NCBI RefSeq assembly: GCF_032191835.1
Contig: NC_083223.1
Location: 220,906,001-220,970,000, forward strand
Length of the DNA: 64,000 bases
Direction: 5' to 3'
DNA from: Heteronotia binoei
Taxonomy: Eukaryota
The position numbers and the translations under genes were made by a program. Under the pieces are notes generated by a model. It was not told the origin of the DNA. It worked only from the letters and a program-made list of their open reading frames with translations, and searched no databases. Shown here piece after piece: positions 1 through 11,105 of this stretch; position 1 is the first letter of the stretch; the number at the start of each line of letters is the position of its first letter.

Positions 1-638
1 TTGTACCCCACCTTTCTCCCCCATGGGAACCTGTGAAGCAAAGCACCTTCCCCACTATCCCCCCAAGGGTTAATGTGAACAGTGATGGATGTGAGCTGTC
101 CTGCAGGTGTTGCTAACTGGCCTTCCGGCCTGCAGGCTTCTTATTTTCAAGGCCAAAGATGGGACAATTGGTTTCTCATGGGACCCTGTATTCAGTGATG
201 GAAGGGGGGAGACTGGATGGGGTGATGTATTCTTCTAGAGGTTTCTCTTGGAGACATGTTCTGATTGGACGCTATCATCACCTGACATGGTGGCCTAAAA
301 ACTACAATACAGTTGTGGTCCTAGAGATTTTCATGGACTATAAGGCCCAGACTATGACCTGCAATTGCTAGACACATAGCCAATGCTGATTTGCAGCCTT
401 CCTATCAAAACTAAGGTTGGTGCCACCTAACAGAGCTTCTGAACAGTTTTAGGTAGTTGAAGCTAGCTTTGTTATTTTCTGTCCTGTATGAGTAATGTGT
501 TGGCAATGATTTTTTCCCATTATCTTTTGAACAAACTTGATATTTTAGAAACAAGTCTGATTTTTGTGTGCAGTTGTCCTGGGAGCCCACAGGGTTAGCT
601 TCAGGCATCCCTGATAGGACCCAAAGCAGCTTACAGCA

Positions 639-755
639 TTCTCCCTCTGAGGCAGTTGGACATCTTCTGGGTGATTTCCCATCCTACTCATAGGGAGGCA
701 GGAACAAATTCTTAACTTCCTGTTCCTGCTGGGAGTCACCCCATTTCCTCAGTTC
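639..755 (+). repeat. DIRS left inverted terminal repeat
   Basis: 658-755 (ggacatcttctggg...cctcagttc) is the near-exact reverse complement of 5814-5911. 639-671 is complementary to ICR 5475-5507. Confidence 0.92.
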
Positions 756-990
756 ATTTCCTGCCTCAGTTGGGAGAGGATCTCGTCAGACCTTGTCTTA
801 CCTTTACTTATTAATCTTAAATCTTTCTTCAGCCTTTTACTTCCTATCCTGTCCTTCAAAAGAAAAGATTCCCTTCCCACTTTACTCTTTCTCCATGTGT
901 GTGTGTTCCTCATCTTCTCGGCTCTTTCTCTCTGCCCTGATTCCACTCACCATTTTCTGCCTGCTCCATTGAGGCATAGTCCCTGGAGCG

Positions 991-2692
991 ATGGCTCTGC
1001 TGGGCATAGTGGGCTCTCACATGCCAGTCAGCAGCAACGAGTTCTTGTCTGAAGGAGAGACAGAACCTTTGGAGGGCAGAAGAGCAGGCAAGAACCAAGT
1101 GCGGTCTGCTGCAGCCCCCCGAGTCATCTCCGACGCCATTTCGCGGGCCGCGGGAAAAGCGCGCCAAAACCAGGGCCACCGATAACAATGCTAACAGGGC
1201 TGGTAGGAGAGAAAATCCACTGCAGCGGCCTGTGATGAGTACTCAGAGGGGTGAGGCTTGCCCTTTCGTGGGGCAAGGTTCCCAAATGGAGGAAGTGGCG
1301 AGCACTGCCATTATTAATCGTGACTCGCAAGTAGACCCACGGGGACGGACAGATGATTACTGACCAAGAGGAACTCATTCCTGTCCTTATGCCCCATGAT
1401 TTTCTGACCACTTTAAAAGAGGACTTAAGAGAGGAAATTTGGCAAATGTTTAAAACCAAGGGGAAAAGATGCCACTGTTCTCCCTCTTTGTCTTCCTCCT
1501 CTTCCCCAACATCTTCCCCACAAAAAAGGGAAAAATAAGCACTCTTGGCCCACAAAGGCGGCACAAAGGCAAGGTAGCCTGCATCGTTCCAGGTCCCCAA
1601 CTAGGAACAGGGAACAACTAGCAGGGCAGAATGACAGGGAGGAAGGATAATTTTTCTCTGAAGAGGACATGGGGGACATAGAGGTCCCAGAACCGTCCCA
1701 CAGGTTCTTTAATGCTGAGGACTATCAGTGCCTATTAACTAAGACCCTAGCTGCACTGGACTTCCATGATGATCCAGATTTGGAGGAGGAAAATGAGAAC
1801 AAAGTCAAAAGAAAACATAAGGAAGGGGATAGTGAGTTTTTCCCCAAGCATGCAGCCTCTGAGAGAGCCTACCCATTCCCTTCATACTTTGAAAGGCAAA
1901 TGAGGGCTGAGTGGAAAAGGCCCTGTGCCAATAAACAGTACCCCGGTTTTATAAGGAAGCTGTACAATTTATACTCATTTACAAATTAATTTCTGCAGAT
2001 TCCTTTAGTTGACGCTCCAATTACAGCATTACAAAACGCGGGCCTGGTATCAGAAGACGGGCATGGGTCCCTAAGAGACCACCTAGACAAAAAATCTGAG
2101 TTTGCTCTTAAAAGTGTACATGAAGCCTGTACTATGATGCTCAAAGCTTCGGCCGTAGGGTCAATGGTGGCTATAGCATCTGTAGTTTGCATGTGAAAAC
2201 TAATTGCAAAAATACCTAAAGAAGACCACAACTGACAGTGCACAGAGGGTCCTGAGGGCCGTTTCCTTTTTGACAGACTCTACCCTGGACTTCTTGGTGT
2301 TTGCTTCCAGGGCCATAGCTTCCTCCACAACAGCTAGACGATCCTTATGGCTTCGTGCATGGTCCGGTGATTATCGGTCTAAGAACATAGTGATGGCATA
2401 TCCATTCCTGGGAGGCCAGCTTTTCAGGGATACTCTAGAAAAAATCCTGGTAGAGACGAAAGACAAAAAGAAGGCAATGCCCAAATTCCTTCGTTGTCAG
2501 GACAGAAGATCTTCTAATCCATCATCCTTTTGTGCCCAACATACCCTGCAGCGTTTTCATCAAGATACAAAAAGGGGAACCTGTAACCAGAACAGACAGC
2601 AGTTCAGAAGATCTAACTTCTCCAGCCATTTCAACAAGTCAGGCAAGCAACAAAATAGATCCGATAGGGACCCAAAGAACAACAAAGCGTGA
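991..2692 (+). pseudogene. gag: DIRS ORF1 (gag-like, LAP2alpha-related region), fragmented by stops and frameshifts
   Basis: Fragments 991-1185, 1353-1538, 1669-1989 and 2204-2692. Conserved DIRS ORF1 motifs ARRSLWLRAWSGDYRSK and PFLGGQLF; IPLVDAPITAL lies in an unlisted frame near 2000. Confidence 0.75.
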
Positions 2693-2704
2693 CTATGCTA
2701 TTAT

Positions 2705-4421
2705 TCTCATCGGAGCGAGACTACTTCACTTTCAGCAATATTGGCACACAACAACAACTGACAACTGGTGCAAGGAAATAGTCTCCGACGGTTACAAACT
2801 GGAGTTCTAGTCCTTTCCCCCCCATCGGTTCATTTGTTCTCCAGAGCACAGAAACCCCCAGAAGAAAACACTTCAAGCAATACAGCACCTTTTGACAATC
2901 AGGGCCATAGAACTAGTTCCGATGGAAGAGAGAGGTACAGAGAGGTCCATATTCTTCATTGTGCCAAAGAAGTTGGGAGACTGGAGGTTGGTGCTGGACC
3001 TGAAGTACGTAAACAAATTCATCACCTCCAAGCACTTCAGGATGGAAACAATGAAGTCAATAGCAGAATCCTTACAACCTCAAGATCTTATGACATCGAT
3101 AGATCTCTCAGAAGCATACCTGCATGTTCCCATCTTTGCAGGAAACCGAAAGTTCCTCAGATTCTGCTACTGTGGAAACCATTATCAGTTCAGGGCGCTC
3201 CCATTCGGCCTGGCATCGTCACGAGTATTCACCAAGCTGCTTGTGAACCTGATAACGGTACTGAGGGAAAAAGGGATCCTGATTCACCCGTTCCTTGATG
3301 ATATCCTGATTCGAGCACCATCAATGAGAAAAGCACATCAGGATACATCCACGACAGTCAAGTGCTTACAAGTGAATTCTCAGAAGAGCTCACTGCAACC
3401 ACTTCAGCGCATGGAACACCTGGGGTCGTCATAGATACTACATCTCATCAACTCTATTTACCAAAGAAGAAAGCTCTAAAAATTCTGGAGGCTGCAAAAG
3501 CAGTCATAAAGGCCAAGCAATCCTCTCTCATGTCATTTGCAGCTCTCCAGGGCCTGATGGTCTCAGCCATAGACACTATACAGTGGGGAAGGTTTCACAT
3601 CAGGCAGCTGCAATCCTTCCTTCGACCATACCAGAGGCACATATCGAAAAAGGCCAACGTTCTACTCAGGGTACCACTTCAGGTAAAGGTGAGCTTACGA
3701 TGGTGGACCAAGCCTTCGATAAATGTATTGGAACTAAAGGCAATAAGGCTGGCACTCCTCCACTTTGCCCCTCAGCTGCACAACAGTCATAGCCTCATTC
3801 GAACAGACAATGTTTAGACAAAGGCATATGTCAACAAGCAGGGGGATCCAGGTCCAGGGATCTACACAGGGAAGTGTGCAAGCTATTCATATGGGCGCAG
3901 TCACACACAGCATCAATCAGAGCGGAGCACATAAAAGGGACATTGAACACTCAAGCGGATTGGTTGAGTCGACAGAGGATCGACCAGGGAGAATGGGCCC
4001 TGAGCCAGAGAGTTTTCAAGAGCATTGTCGCCCACTTTGGAATACCAGCCATAGACCTGTTGCGTCTCCACTTAACAACAAACTGAAGAGGTTCTACTCC
4101 TGATATTTCCATCCAAAGGCGGAAGCCACGGATGTGCTGGCAATACAATGGCCAAAAGAGTTGTTATTTGCTTTTCCTCCAATCCCATTTATTCCATGGC
4201 TGATCAGGAAGATAAGGGAACAATGGCCGGAGATAGTGGTAGTAGCAGCATATTGGTCCAGGAGGCTGTGGTTCGCGGATCTACAGGAGCTATCAATTCA
4301 ACATCCACTGATATTGGAGATTTGCTCAGACATGCTCCAGCAGGGTTCAATTCTTCACTCGCATCCAGAGTGGCTGCGCTTGACTGCATGGCGAGTGAGA
4401 GGTCAAAACTCTTACGAATAG
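2705..4421 (+). pseudogene. pol: DIRS pol: reverse transcriptase, partly deleted RNase H and Dam-like methyltransferase, frameshifted
   Basis: RT motifs LVLDLKYVN, SIDLSEAYLHVPI, FRALPFGLASSRVFTK and PFLDDILI (2892-3434). RNaseH INVLELKAI and IRTDNV (3362-3817). MTase-like ASPLNNKLKRFYS and FAFPPIPFIPWLIRKI (3765-4421). Confidence 0.92.
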
Positions 4422-5400
4422 GGTACTCCAGCCAAGTCATTTCAACCATGCTAGCATCCAGAAAACTATCTACACAAAGGTTGTATAACATGGCTTGGAA
4501 AGCCTTTGTGCGATGGTGCCACAGGAAACACTGTGACCCTTTGAAGCCCAAGATAAGTGACATTTTATCTTTCATGCAGAACCGTTTGTCTATGGGCCTT
4601 TAGGCGGCTTCTCTTCATAGACAAATTGCAGCATTATCAACAGTTCTTCCCAAACAGAACGGAGATCCAATTTCCAGACATCCACACATCCAGCATTTCC
4701 TGAGGGGTGCTACTCTCTCGCTTCCACCTCAGGTTCATAGGTTCCCTACCTGGAAGCTAAATACAGTGACGGCTCTGACAAAATTTGAACCTATCAAGGA
4801 CATCTCCTTAGCCTTCTTGAGGATGAAGATCATTTTCCTTGTAGCTATAACATCCGCTAGAAGGGAATCAGAACTAAGTGTATTGTCAGTGAATTCCAAC
4901 CTTTGCATTTTCCGCAAGGATAAGGTTGTGTTGTACAACGGATCCCACCTTTCAGCCAAAAGTAACTTCTAAGTTCCATAGATCGCAAGATATCAGTTTG
5001 CCATCCTTTTGTCCCAATCCTAAGCATCCCAAAGAGGTCACATGGCATACTTTGGACGTCCGCAGGGCGCTAAAATGTTACATACACCAGACAGAGCAAA
5101 TAAGGAAAATGGACTCCTTGTTTATAAACATCTCATTTCCTCATGTAGGGAAAAAGATGTCTAAATCAGCTCTTAGCAAGACCATCCGGGGATGCATAAT
5201 AGAGGCATACAAAGCGCAGAGGGTTCCAGTCCTGACAGGTATAACAGCACATTCGGTGGGGAGTGTGGCCACCAGCGTGCTGCAAACAGAGCGTCCGTTG
5301 AAGAGAACTGTAAAGCTGCAACATGGTCCTCAATATTGACATTTATCAAACATTACAAAATAAACATTTGCTCTTCTGCGGACGCAGCATCTTGTCACAA
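4400..5400 (+). pseudogene. DIRS tyrosine recombinase, fragmented
   Basis: N-terminal TMLASRKLSTQRLYNMAWKAFVRWC; box I TSARRESEL; HTLDVRRAL; AHSVGS (HxxR position); TFIKHY catalytic-Tyr motif in the next frame. Confidence 0.88.
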
Positions 5401-5474
5401 GGTACTGCAGAATATCCTGGAGGGCACCAACAGTTCTTTCCCTCCCTCACACTAGGGACGCTGCTTTAGGATGT

Positions 5475-5552
5475 CCCACAAGATGTTCGACTGCCTCAGA
5501 GGGAGAAGGACCATTTGATACTCACCGTGAAGGGTCCTTCTTCTCTGAGGAC
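5475..5552 (+). repeat. DIRS internal complementary region (ICR)
   Basis: 5475-5507 is the reverse complement of 639-671, and 5508-5552 is the reverse complement of about 5907-5952. The ICR is thus the antisense of the circle junction. Confidence 0.92.
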
Positions 5553-5813
5553 AGGAGGACATCTTGGCCCCTCCCAAACAGCTGTCGGTGCACTTCAGGG
5601 GTTCTTCTCTATTCGATAATAATTCACAGTAGAGCTATTCATTATTCTGAATTTTTACCCAGGGCTTATGGTGGTATTCTCTTTTTCTCACAGTATTCTG
5701 ATTTTTCTTGTTGAGAAAATAGTCAATATTTTGCTAGTCAGTATTTTGCTGGCATACATGTTCTTTCTTAGTATCTTTCCAGCTGTTTATAGTTCACTGC
5801 TTACGGAGTTGCT

Positions 5814-5952
5814 GAACTGAGGAAATGGGGTGACTCCCAGCAGGAACAGGAAGTTAAAAATTTGTCCCTGCCTCCCTATGAGTAGGATGGCAAATCACCC
5901 ACAAGATGTCCTCAGAGGAGAAGGACCCTTCACGGTGAGTATCCAATGGTCG
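5814..5952 (+). repeat. DIRS right inverted terminal repeat plus 3' extension
   Basis: 5814-5911 inverts 658-755. 5907-5952 is complementary to the ICR. Confidence 0.92.
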
Positions 5953-6130
5953 TTCTCCTCTTCTCCGTTTTATCCTCACAGCAACCCAGTTAGGTTGATT
6001 AAGCTGAGAAAAATGTGATGGGCCCAAGGTCATCCGGTGAGTTTCCATGGCACAAGTGGGAATTTGAACCTGGATCTCCCTAATACAAGTCGGACATTCT
6101 CAACAACTACACCACACTGGTTCTCTAAGA

Positions 6131-6593
6131 TAGTGATCCCCAACCTTTTTGGCACCAGGGAACGGTGGCCTGCCTCCAGGGCCGGCAGAGTGGGGGAACT
6201 GAATTTGGCCTCTCCCCCATGCAGCCTTGCCACCCCACTCCCGTGGCACCTCTTCCCTCCGTTTTTATGATGTTAAGTTGGGGAAAGTGCCTTCTGGGCT
6301 CCTTAAAAGCTCACCACCACCCCGCTGCCAGTCAGCTGATCCACGGGAGAAATTGTGGCAGCAGCAGCAAGTGACCCGATGAACAAGTGGTGCAAGGGCA
6401 GCACCGCTTGTTCAGCGGTCACTCACCGCTGCTGCCTCAGGGAGGGGGGGGGTGAGCTTTTAAAGAGCCCGGAAGGCGCTTTCCCCAGCTTGACATTGTG
6501 AAAACGGAGGGAGGAGAAGGCGCTGCAGGGGGGAAAGGCTGGCGGCCAGGTTGCTGATGGGCCACGGACTGGTCCAGGGGTTGGGGACCCCTG
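6131..6593. mobile_element. Non-autonomous hAT-type DNA transposon (MITE)
   Basis: TIRs tagtgatccccaacc / ggttggggacccctg; perfect 8-bp TSD ctctaaga (6123-6130, 6594-6601). Confidence 0.88.
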
Positions 6594-6920
6594 CTCTAAG
6601 AGCACCAGTGAGGAGCATTTCACACTGCAGCATGAGTGGGGTATGGAAAAGTTGTGTTTCTACAGAAATCATCCTTCCATTTTAGGTGGGAGCCAACCCA
6701 ATGTTGATGGCTCTTAAGATGAAACAAGAGTTTTGCAATGCCATCCTAAGCTGGTCTGCTCTGAATCCTACTGAAATCTACTCTGTTGGGCTTACTCTCA
6801 GAAAAGTGGTTTTAGGCTTGTGCTGTGAATTCGATATTTCTCTGAATTTGATTGTGCATCCTTCCCTCAGGTACAATTAAGTGTAGTAATTTGAACAAAA
6901 ATAGATCAGATACCTTTAGG

Positions 6921-7367
6921 CAGGGGTAGTTTTGTAGAAAAATAGGTGGTGGAGCTCATTAGCATATGCCGCCACCACTCCAGCCAAAAGCAACCTGATG
7001 CAAGAAAGGAGAGCCCCAGGTGAGCGAGGCCTGCTTGAGCTGGCTAGAGATCCAGCCAGCCCAAGCAGGCCTTGCTTGCCTGGGGCTCTCCTGCCCCCCC
7101 CCCGTTAAAAGGCCAGCAAGCAACCCACCGCCCAAAATCACATAGGAAGTAGAGAAAGGGTGGTGTGGGCTTCTGGGGTTAATGAGGCCTGCTGGGGGCA
7201 TGGCAAAGCTCCTAATGGCTGGCTGGCTGCCCACTCTCCTAATCCAAGGATTGTTATGCAGCTGCACCTCCTATTCAGTGGACAAGGTAGGTGGGGAGGA
7301 TGAGGGGGAACCCTTGGAAAGGTTCAGGAGCTGTGCTCCTGTGAGCTCCTGCTGAATCTGAGGCCTG
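6921..7367. mobile_element. hAT-type MITE
   Basis: CAGG...CCTG ends; flanks cctttagg / cctttacc (6/8, degenerate TSD); no coding capacity. Confidence 0.55.
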
Positions 7368-7613
7368 CCTTTACCAAAATTATTATTATTATTCGTTTAT
7401 TTCTATTCCACCCCTTCCCCCTTTTGGGGGGCTTAGAGCGGAGTACAACAATTTAAATTAAAATCACAATAAATCATAATAAAAAACAAATTCAACATTC
7501 AGTAAGTGCAGTAAGTTAGTTCAGCAAGATATGAAGCAAGATGGTATAGCTCCTCAATACAGTGATGCAGTAGGCCGTAAGGGTGTAGAGGGAGGCCAAC
7601 CGATCTAATAAAT

Positions 7614-7749
7614 CAGGGGTAGCCAACGGTAGCTCTCCAGATGTTTTTTGCCTACAACTCCCATGAGCCCCAGCCATTGGCCATGCTGGCTGGGGCTGAT
7701 GGGAGTTGTAGACAAAAAACATCTGGAGAGCTACCATTGGCCACCCCTG
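7614..7749. mobile_element. 136-bp palindromic hAT-type MITE
   Basis: Almost fully self-complementary; TSD taataaat / taatagat; second copy at 53424-53559. Confidence 0.88.
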
Positions 7750-8089
7750 TAATAGATGGATGCCCGCTGCCTCATCCAAAGACCTGGCGGAACAGCTCCA
7801 TTTTACAGACCCTACGAAAGCCAAGTATAAGGTTTATTATACACTATAAGGTTTATTCCATGATCCCAACTTGTTCTGAATATACTCTTTATTATATGAG
7901 TAACACTTTGCCACAGACTGTCGTTTTGCAGACAGTATTTGGCACAACACTGATGTCTCTGTATTCTAACCAAGCATTCATAACATTTTAAAGGTTAACT
8001 CTCCCCCCCCCCCCCCCAATTAATATATTTTCCATGATTCACTTATTAGACTATTCAGTCAACATTTAAAACTTGCTTTGTAATGTGGT

Positions 8090-8480
8090 TCAAAAGTTTT
8101 CTAAAGCTTTATTTAAAACATTTTATGCTGTCTTTTTTACCCAATCAGTCCCCAAAGTGGTGAACATTAAAAAATTAGAACATTTAAACAATTAAAAATA
8201 CAGTTAAAATGATAAAATAATTAAAACACATAAACAACACTAAAAGGAAGACCAGTAATTATTATTGGGAATATGCCAGATGCAACAACAAAATCTTTCC
8301 CCTGATGGAGAAAAACACTGATGGAGACAGATAAATCCACCTGGGGAGGGAGTTCCAAAGTTTGGGTGCCAAGACCCTTTCTTGGGTTGCCACCCATCTA
8401 GCTTCTGATGGCCAGGGAAACTGAAGCAAGGCCTTCAAAGATGACCAGAGAGTACAGGTAGTTTCATACGGGACAAGACA
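8090..8480 (-). mobile_element. Old L2 LINE 3' fragment
   Basis: Minus-strand APKLWNSLP...LLLHLAY resembles the C-terminus of the other L2 copies in the window and is followed by an AT-rich tail. Confidence 0.6.
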
Positions 8481-8930
8481 TAGCATGGACATAATGAGCA
8501 AGTTACAACAACTGCAAGCAACCACACATCCGCACCTAATCACAGTAGCAGAAAAAAAACCCTTGGTATAATGCAGTAGGTATGTGCTCACTTTGGTAAT
8601 CAAAACCTTGGTATATTTACCAAACAACTGTTAGCCCTGGATCTCCTCTCCCACCATTTAAGGGCTATGATTCTCCTGGCTCTGATGCCAGACACACACG
8701 GACTTTTAGCCACTATGAACTTCTGTCTTTAAACTCACATGCCTTCTGCCTTATGAATATTCAGTCTTGTTGGACTACAAACATTTGGCCTTTGTGCCAG
8801 CCTCAGTATGGACATTTGCCCTGTATGAGTTATGCAGCAGTGTTCCAGCCAGTGTTCCAGCCAAGACCCTGCCAGCTTCCTCCTTTCGCCTGTGACTGTT
8901 ATACCTACCCAGCCAAGAGGACTCCAATTC

Positions 8931-10117
8931 ATAATAATAATAATAAATAATAAACTATTATTTATACCCTGCCCTCCCCGCCTGGGCAGGCTCAGGACGG
9001 CTAACAGGACATGGTAGAAACCATGATACAAATAAACAATAGATAATACAGTTAATAATTTAAAGAATAAAACCAATAAAACAGTAACATTAAAAGACAG
9101 TCGAATGGCATATAAGATGGCTCGGTATTATTGATTTTATTAAGAGTTCTGTCTTAAAAAGCTAGCCGGAAGAGGGCAGTTTTGCAGGCCCTACGGAACT
9201 GGTTAAGATCCCGTAGGGCCCGCACCTCTTCCGGCAATTGGTTCCACCATTGAGGGGCCTTTGTAGAGAACGCCTGTTCTCTGGTAGCTTTTAATTTAGT
9301 TTCTTTTGGCCCAGGGATTTCAAGAAGATTTTTTGAGCTTGATCGCAGTGCTCTCTGGGGAACGTATGGAGAGAGGCGGTCCCTAAGGTAGGCAGGTCCT
9401 CGACCATATAGGGCTTTAAAGGTAATGACCAGCACCTAGTAACGAACCTGGTAAACAATTGGCAGCCAGTGCAACTCCCGCAGCCCAGACTGCACATGTT
9501 CCCACCGAGGCAGTCCCAGTAGCAGTCTGGCTACTGCATTTTGCACTAGCTGCAGTTTCCGGGTTCGGTACAGGGGCAGCCCCATGTAGAGGGCATTACA
9601 GTAGTCCAACCTCGAGGTGACCGTTGCATGGATCACTGTTGCCAGGTCGCCACGCTCCAGGAAGGGGGCCAGCTGCCTTGCCCGTCTAAGGTGAAAAAAG
9701 GCGGACTTGGCAGTAGCTACTATCCGGGCCTTCATTGTCAAGGGAGGCTCCAGTAGAACTCCCAAGCTCTTAACTCTGTGCACTGCTACCAGTTGCACCC
9801 TGTCAAAAACTGGGAGGGAGACCCCATTCCCTAAGCTGCCGCGGCCCAGGCAAAGGACCTCTGTCTTCGCTGGGTTCAGTTTCAGCCCACTCAGCTTAAT
9901 CCAGTCTGCCACAGCTTGCAACACTCGGTCCAGATTTTCCGGGGCATTGTCAGTCCGGTCACCCATCAATAGATAGAGCTGGGTGTCATCAGCGTACTGT
10001 CTCCGGGCGATCTGGGCAAGGGGGCGCATAAAGATGTTGAATAGCATCGGAGAGAGAACTGCTCCCTGCGGCACCCCACAATTAAGTGAGTGTTTCTGGG
10101 ACAGCTCTCCTCCAATT
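8931..10117 (-). mobile_element. L2-clade LINE, 5'-truncated
   Basis: RT motifs PQGAVLSPMLFNI, QYADDTQLY, SRLDYCNALY, LHWLP and APQWWNQLP (ORFs 9436-10074, 9154-9435). (TAA)n tail at 8931. In-frame loss of FGLGCH relative to sister copies. Confidence 0.92.
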
Positions 10118-10466
10118 CATGCTTCCTAGATGAGCTGCCCAACCCTGCAGAAAACAACTGCACACCTGTCATCCAGATGACAGTGTCAGAAGCAGCCCCT
10201 GAAAGAAGCCATGTTTCTGAGATGTCTCAAAATAACAACAGTCATTCATGCAGACCTCCATGCCAGGGAGATGTCCAGAACACGCATCACATTCCAGTGA
10301 TCAGGCAAACAAAGAAGCCTACAGCCAACAATAGACTTGCTGTCACATCTTCACACCTAACAAATGCTTCCTGCCAACCATCTAGGCAAGCATCTGACAC
10401 AATGAAACATTTTGGAAGATGGTCGCTGTCAATGACTTAATCCTGTCACATAGACCTCTTCCATTG

Positions 10467-11105
10467 TGTTAGTTATGGCACTAACACACTAGAGTGCTCA
10501 TTTAATTTCCTTTGCTTTAACAATGGTTTACACTAGGTAAAACCATTACCCATTAATCCTTTTGTCGAACTCCTGGGAGCCATCTCTGGGGTGATGTCAG
10601 GCATCACCTGACATTGCCTTCGGATGCGACTTTGGCTATAAGAAGGCAGGTTTTTGGCCAGTTCAGTGTGTCTCTTACAGTACCCCTACCCTTGCTGTTT
10701 GAGCCACCCCCAATGGATTTGATCATTATTGGGTCCATTATTGTGAGATACGCTGGTCGTTTCTTGCTCCCCCTTCCCTTATTGTCTTCGCTATTGGTCT
10801 ATTCTTCAGGAATCTTCAAGATTGGTAAAGTATAACCCTGTCTGTGTTTATTCCCTAATGTGTTTCGCTATCCAATTTCCCCTCTATTTTCCTAGGACTA
10901 TATGTTGTGTGATTTTATTCTCTTGTATACTTGAACTATTTTTCTAATAAACTCCATTTTAGTTTATCAAAACTCCTCATTATTTCAAGAGGGCTCCTGG
11001 GTAGACAGACTCCTGTATACATAGGTTATTGACCCTGCGCATTTGCCATCTTTGCCTACCTAAATAAATTCCCCTATATGTCATTCGATGGCAATTTGGC
11101 TAACA
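10467..11105 (+). mobile_element. Possible solo LTR (unclassified)
   Basis: TGTTAG...CTAACA termini, TATA-like ctataag near 10638 and AATAAA near 10946, but no TSD found. Confidence 0.3.

Larger units (their letters stand above)
639..5952 (+). mobile_element. DIRS1-type tyrosine-recombinase retrotransposon, full-length, decayed
   Basis: Inverted terminal repeats (658-755 vs 5814-5911). Internal complementary region 5475-5552 matches both element ends. Gag-like, RT, RNaseH, Dam-like MTase and YR remnants occur in DIRS order. Confidence 0.95.

Noticed and set aside
1124-1600. 158-aa minus-strand ORF, and similar antisense ORFs over DIRS, Gypsy and L2
   Set aside because: These are antisense to recognisable TE coding sequence and have no domain features.
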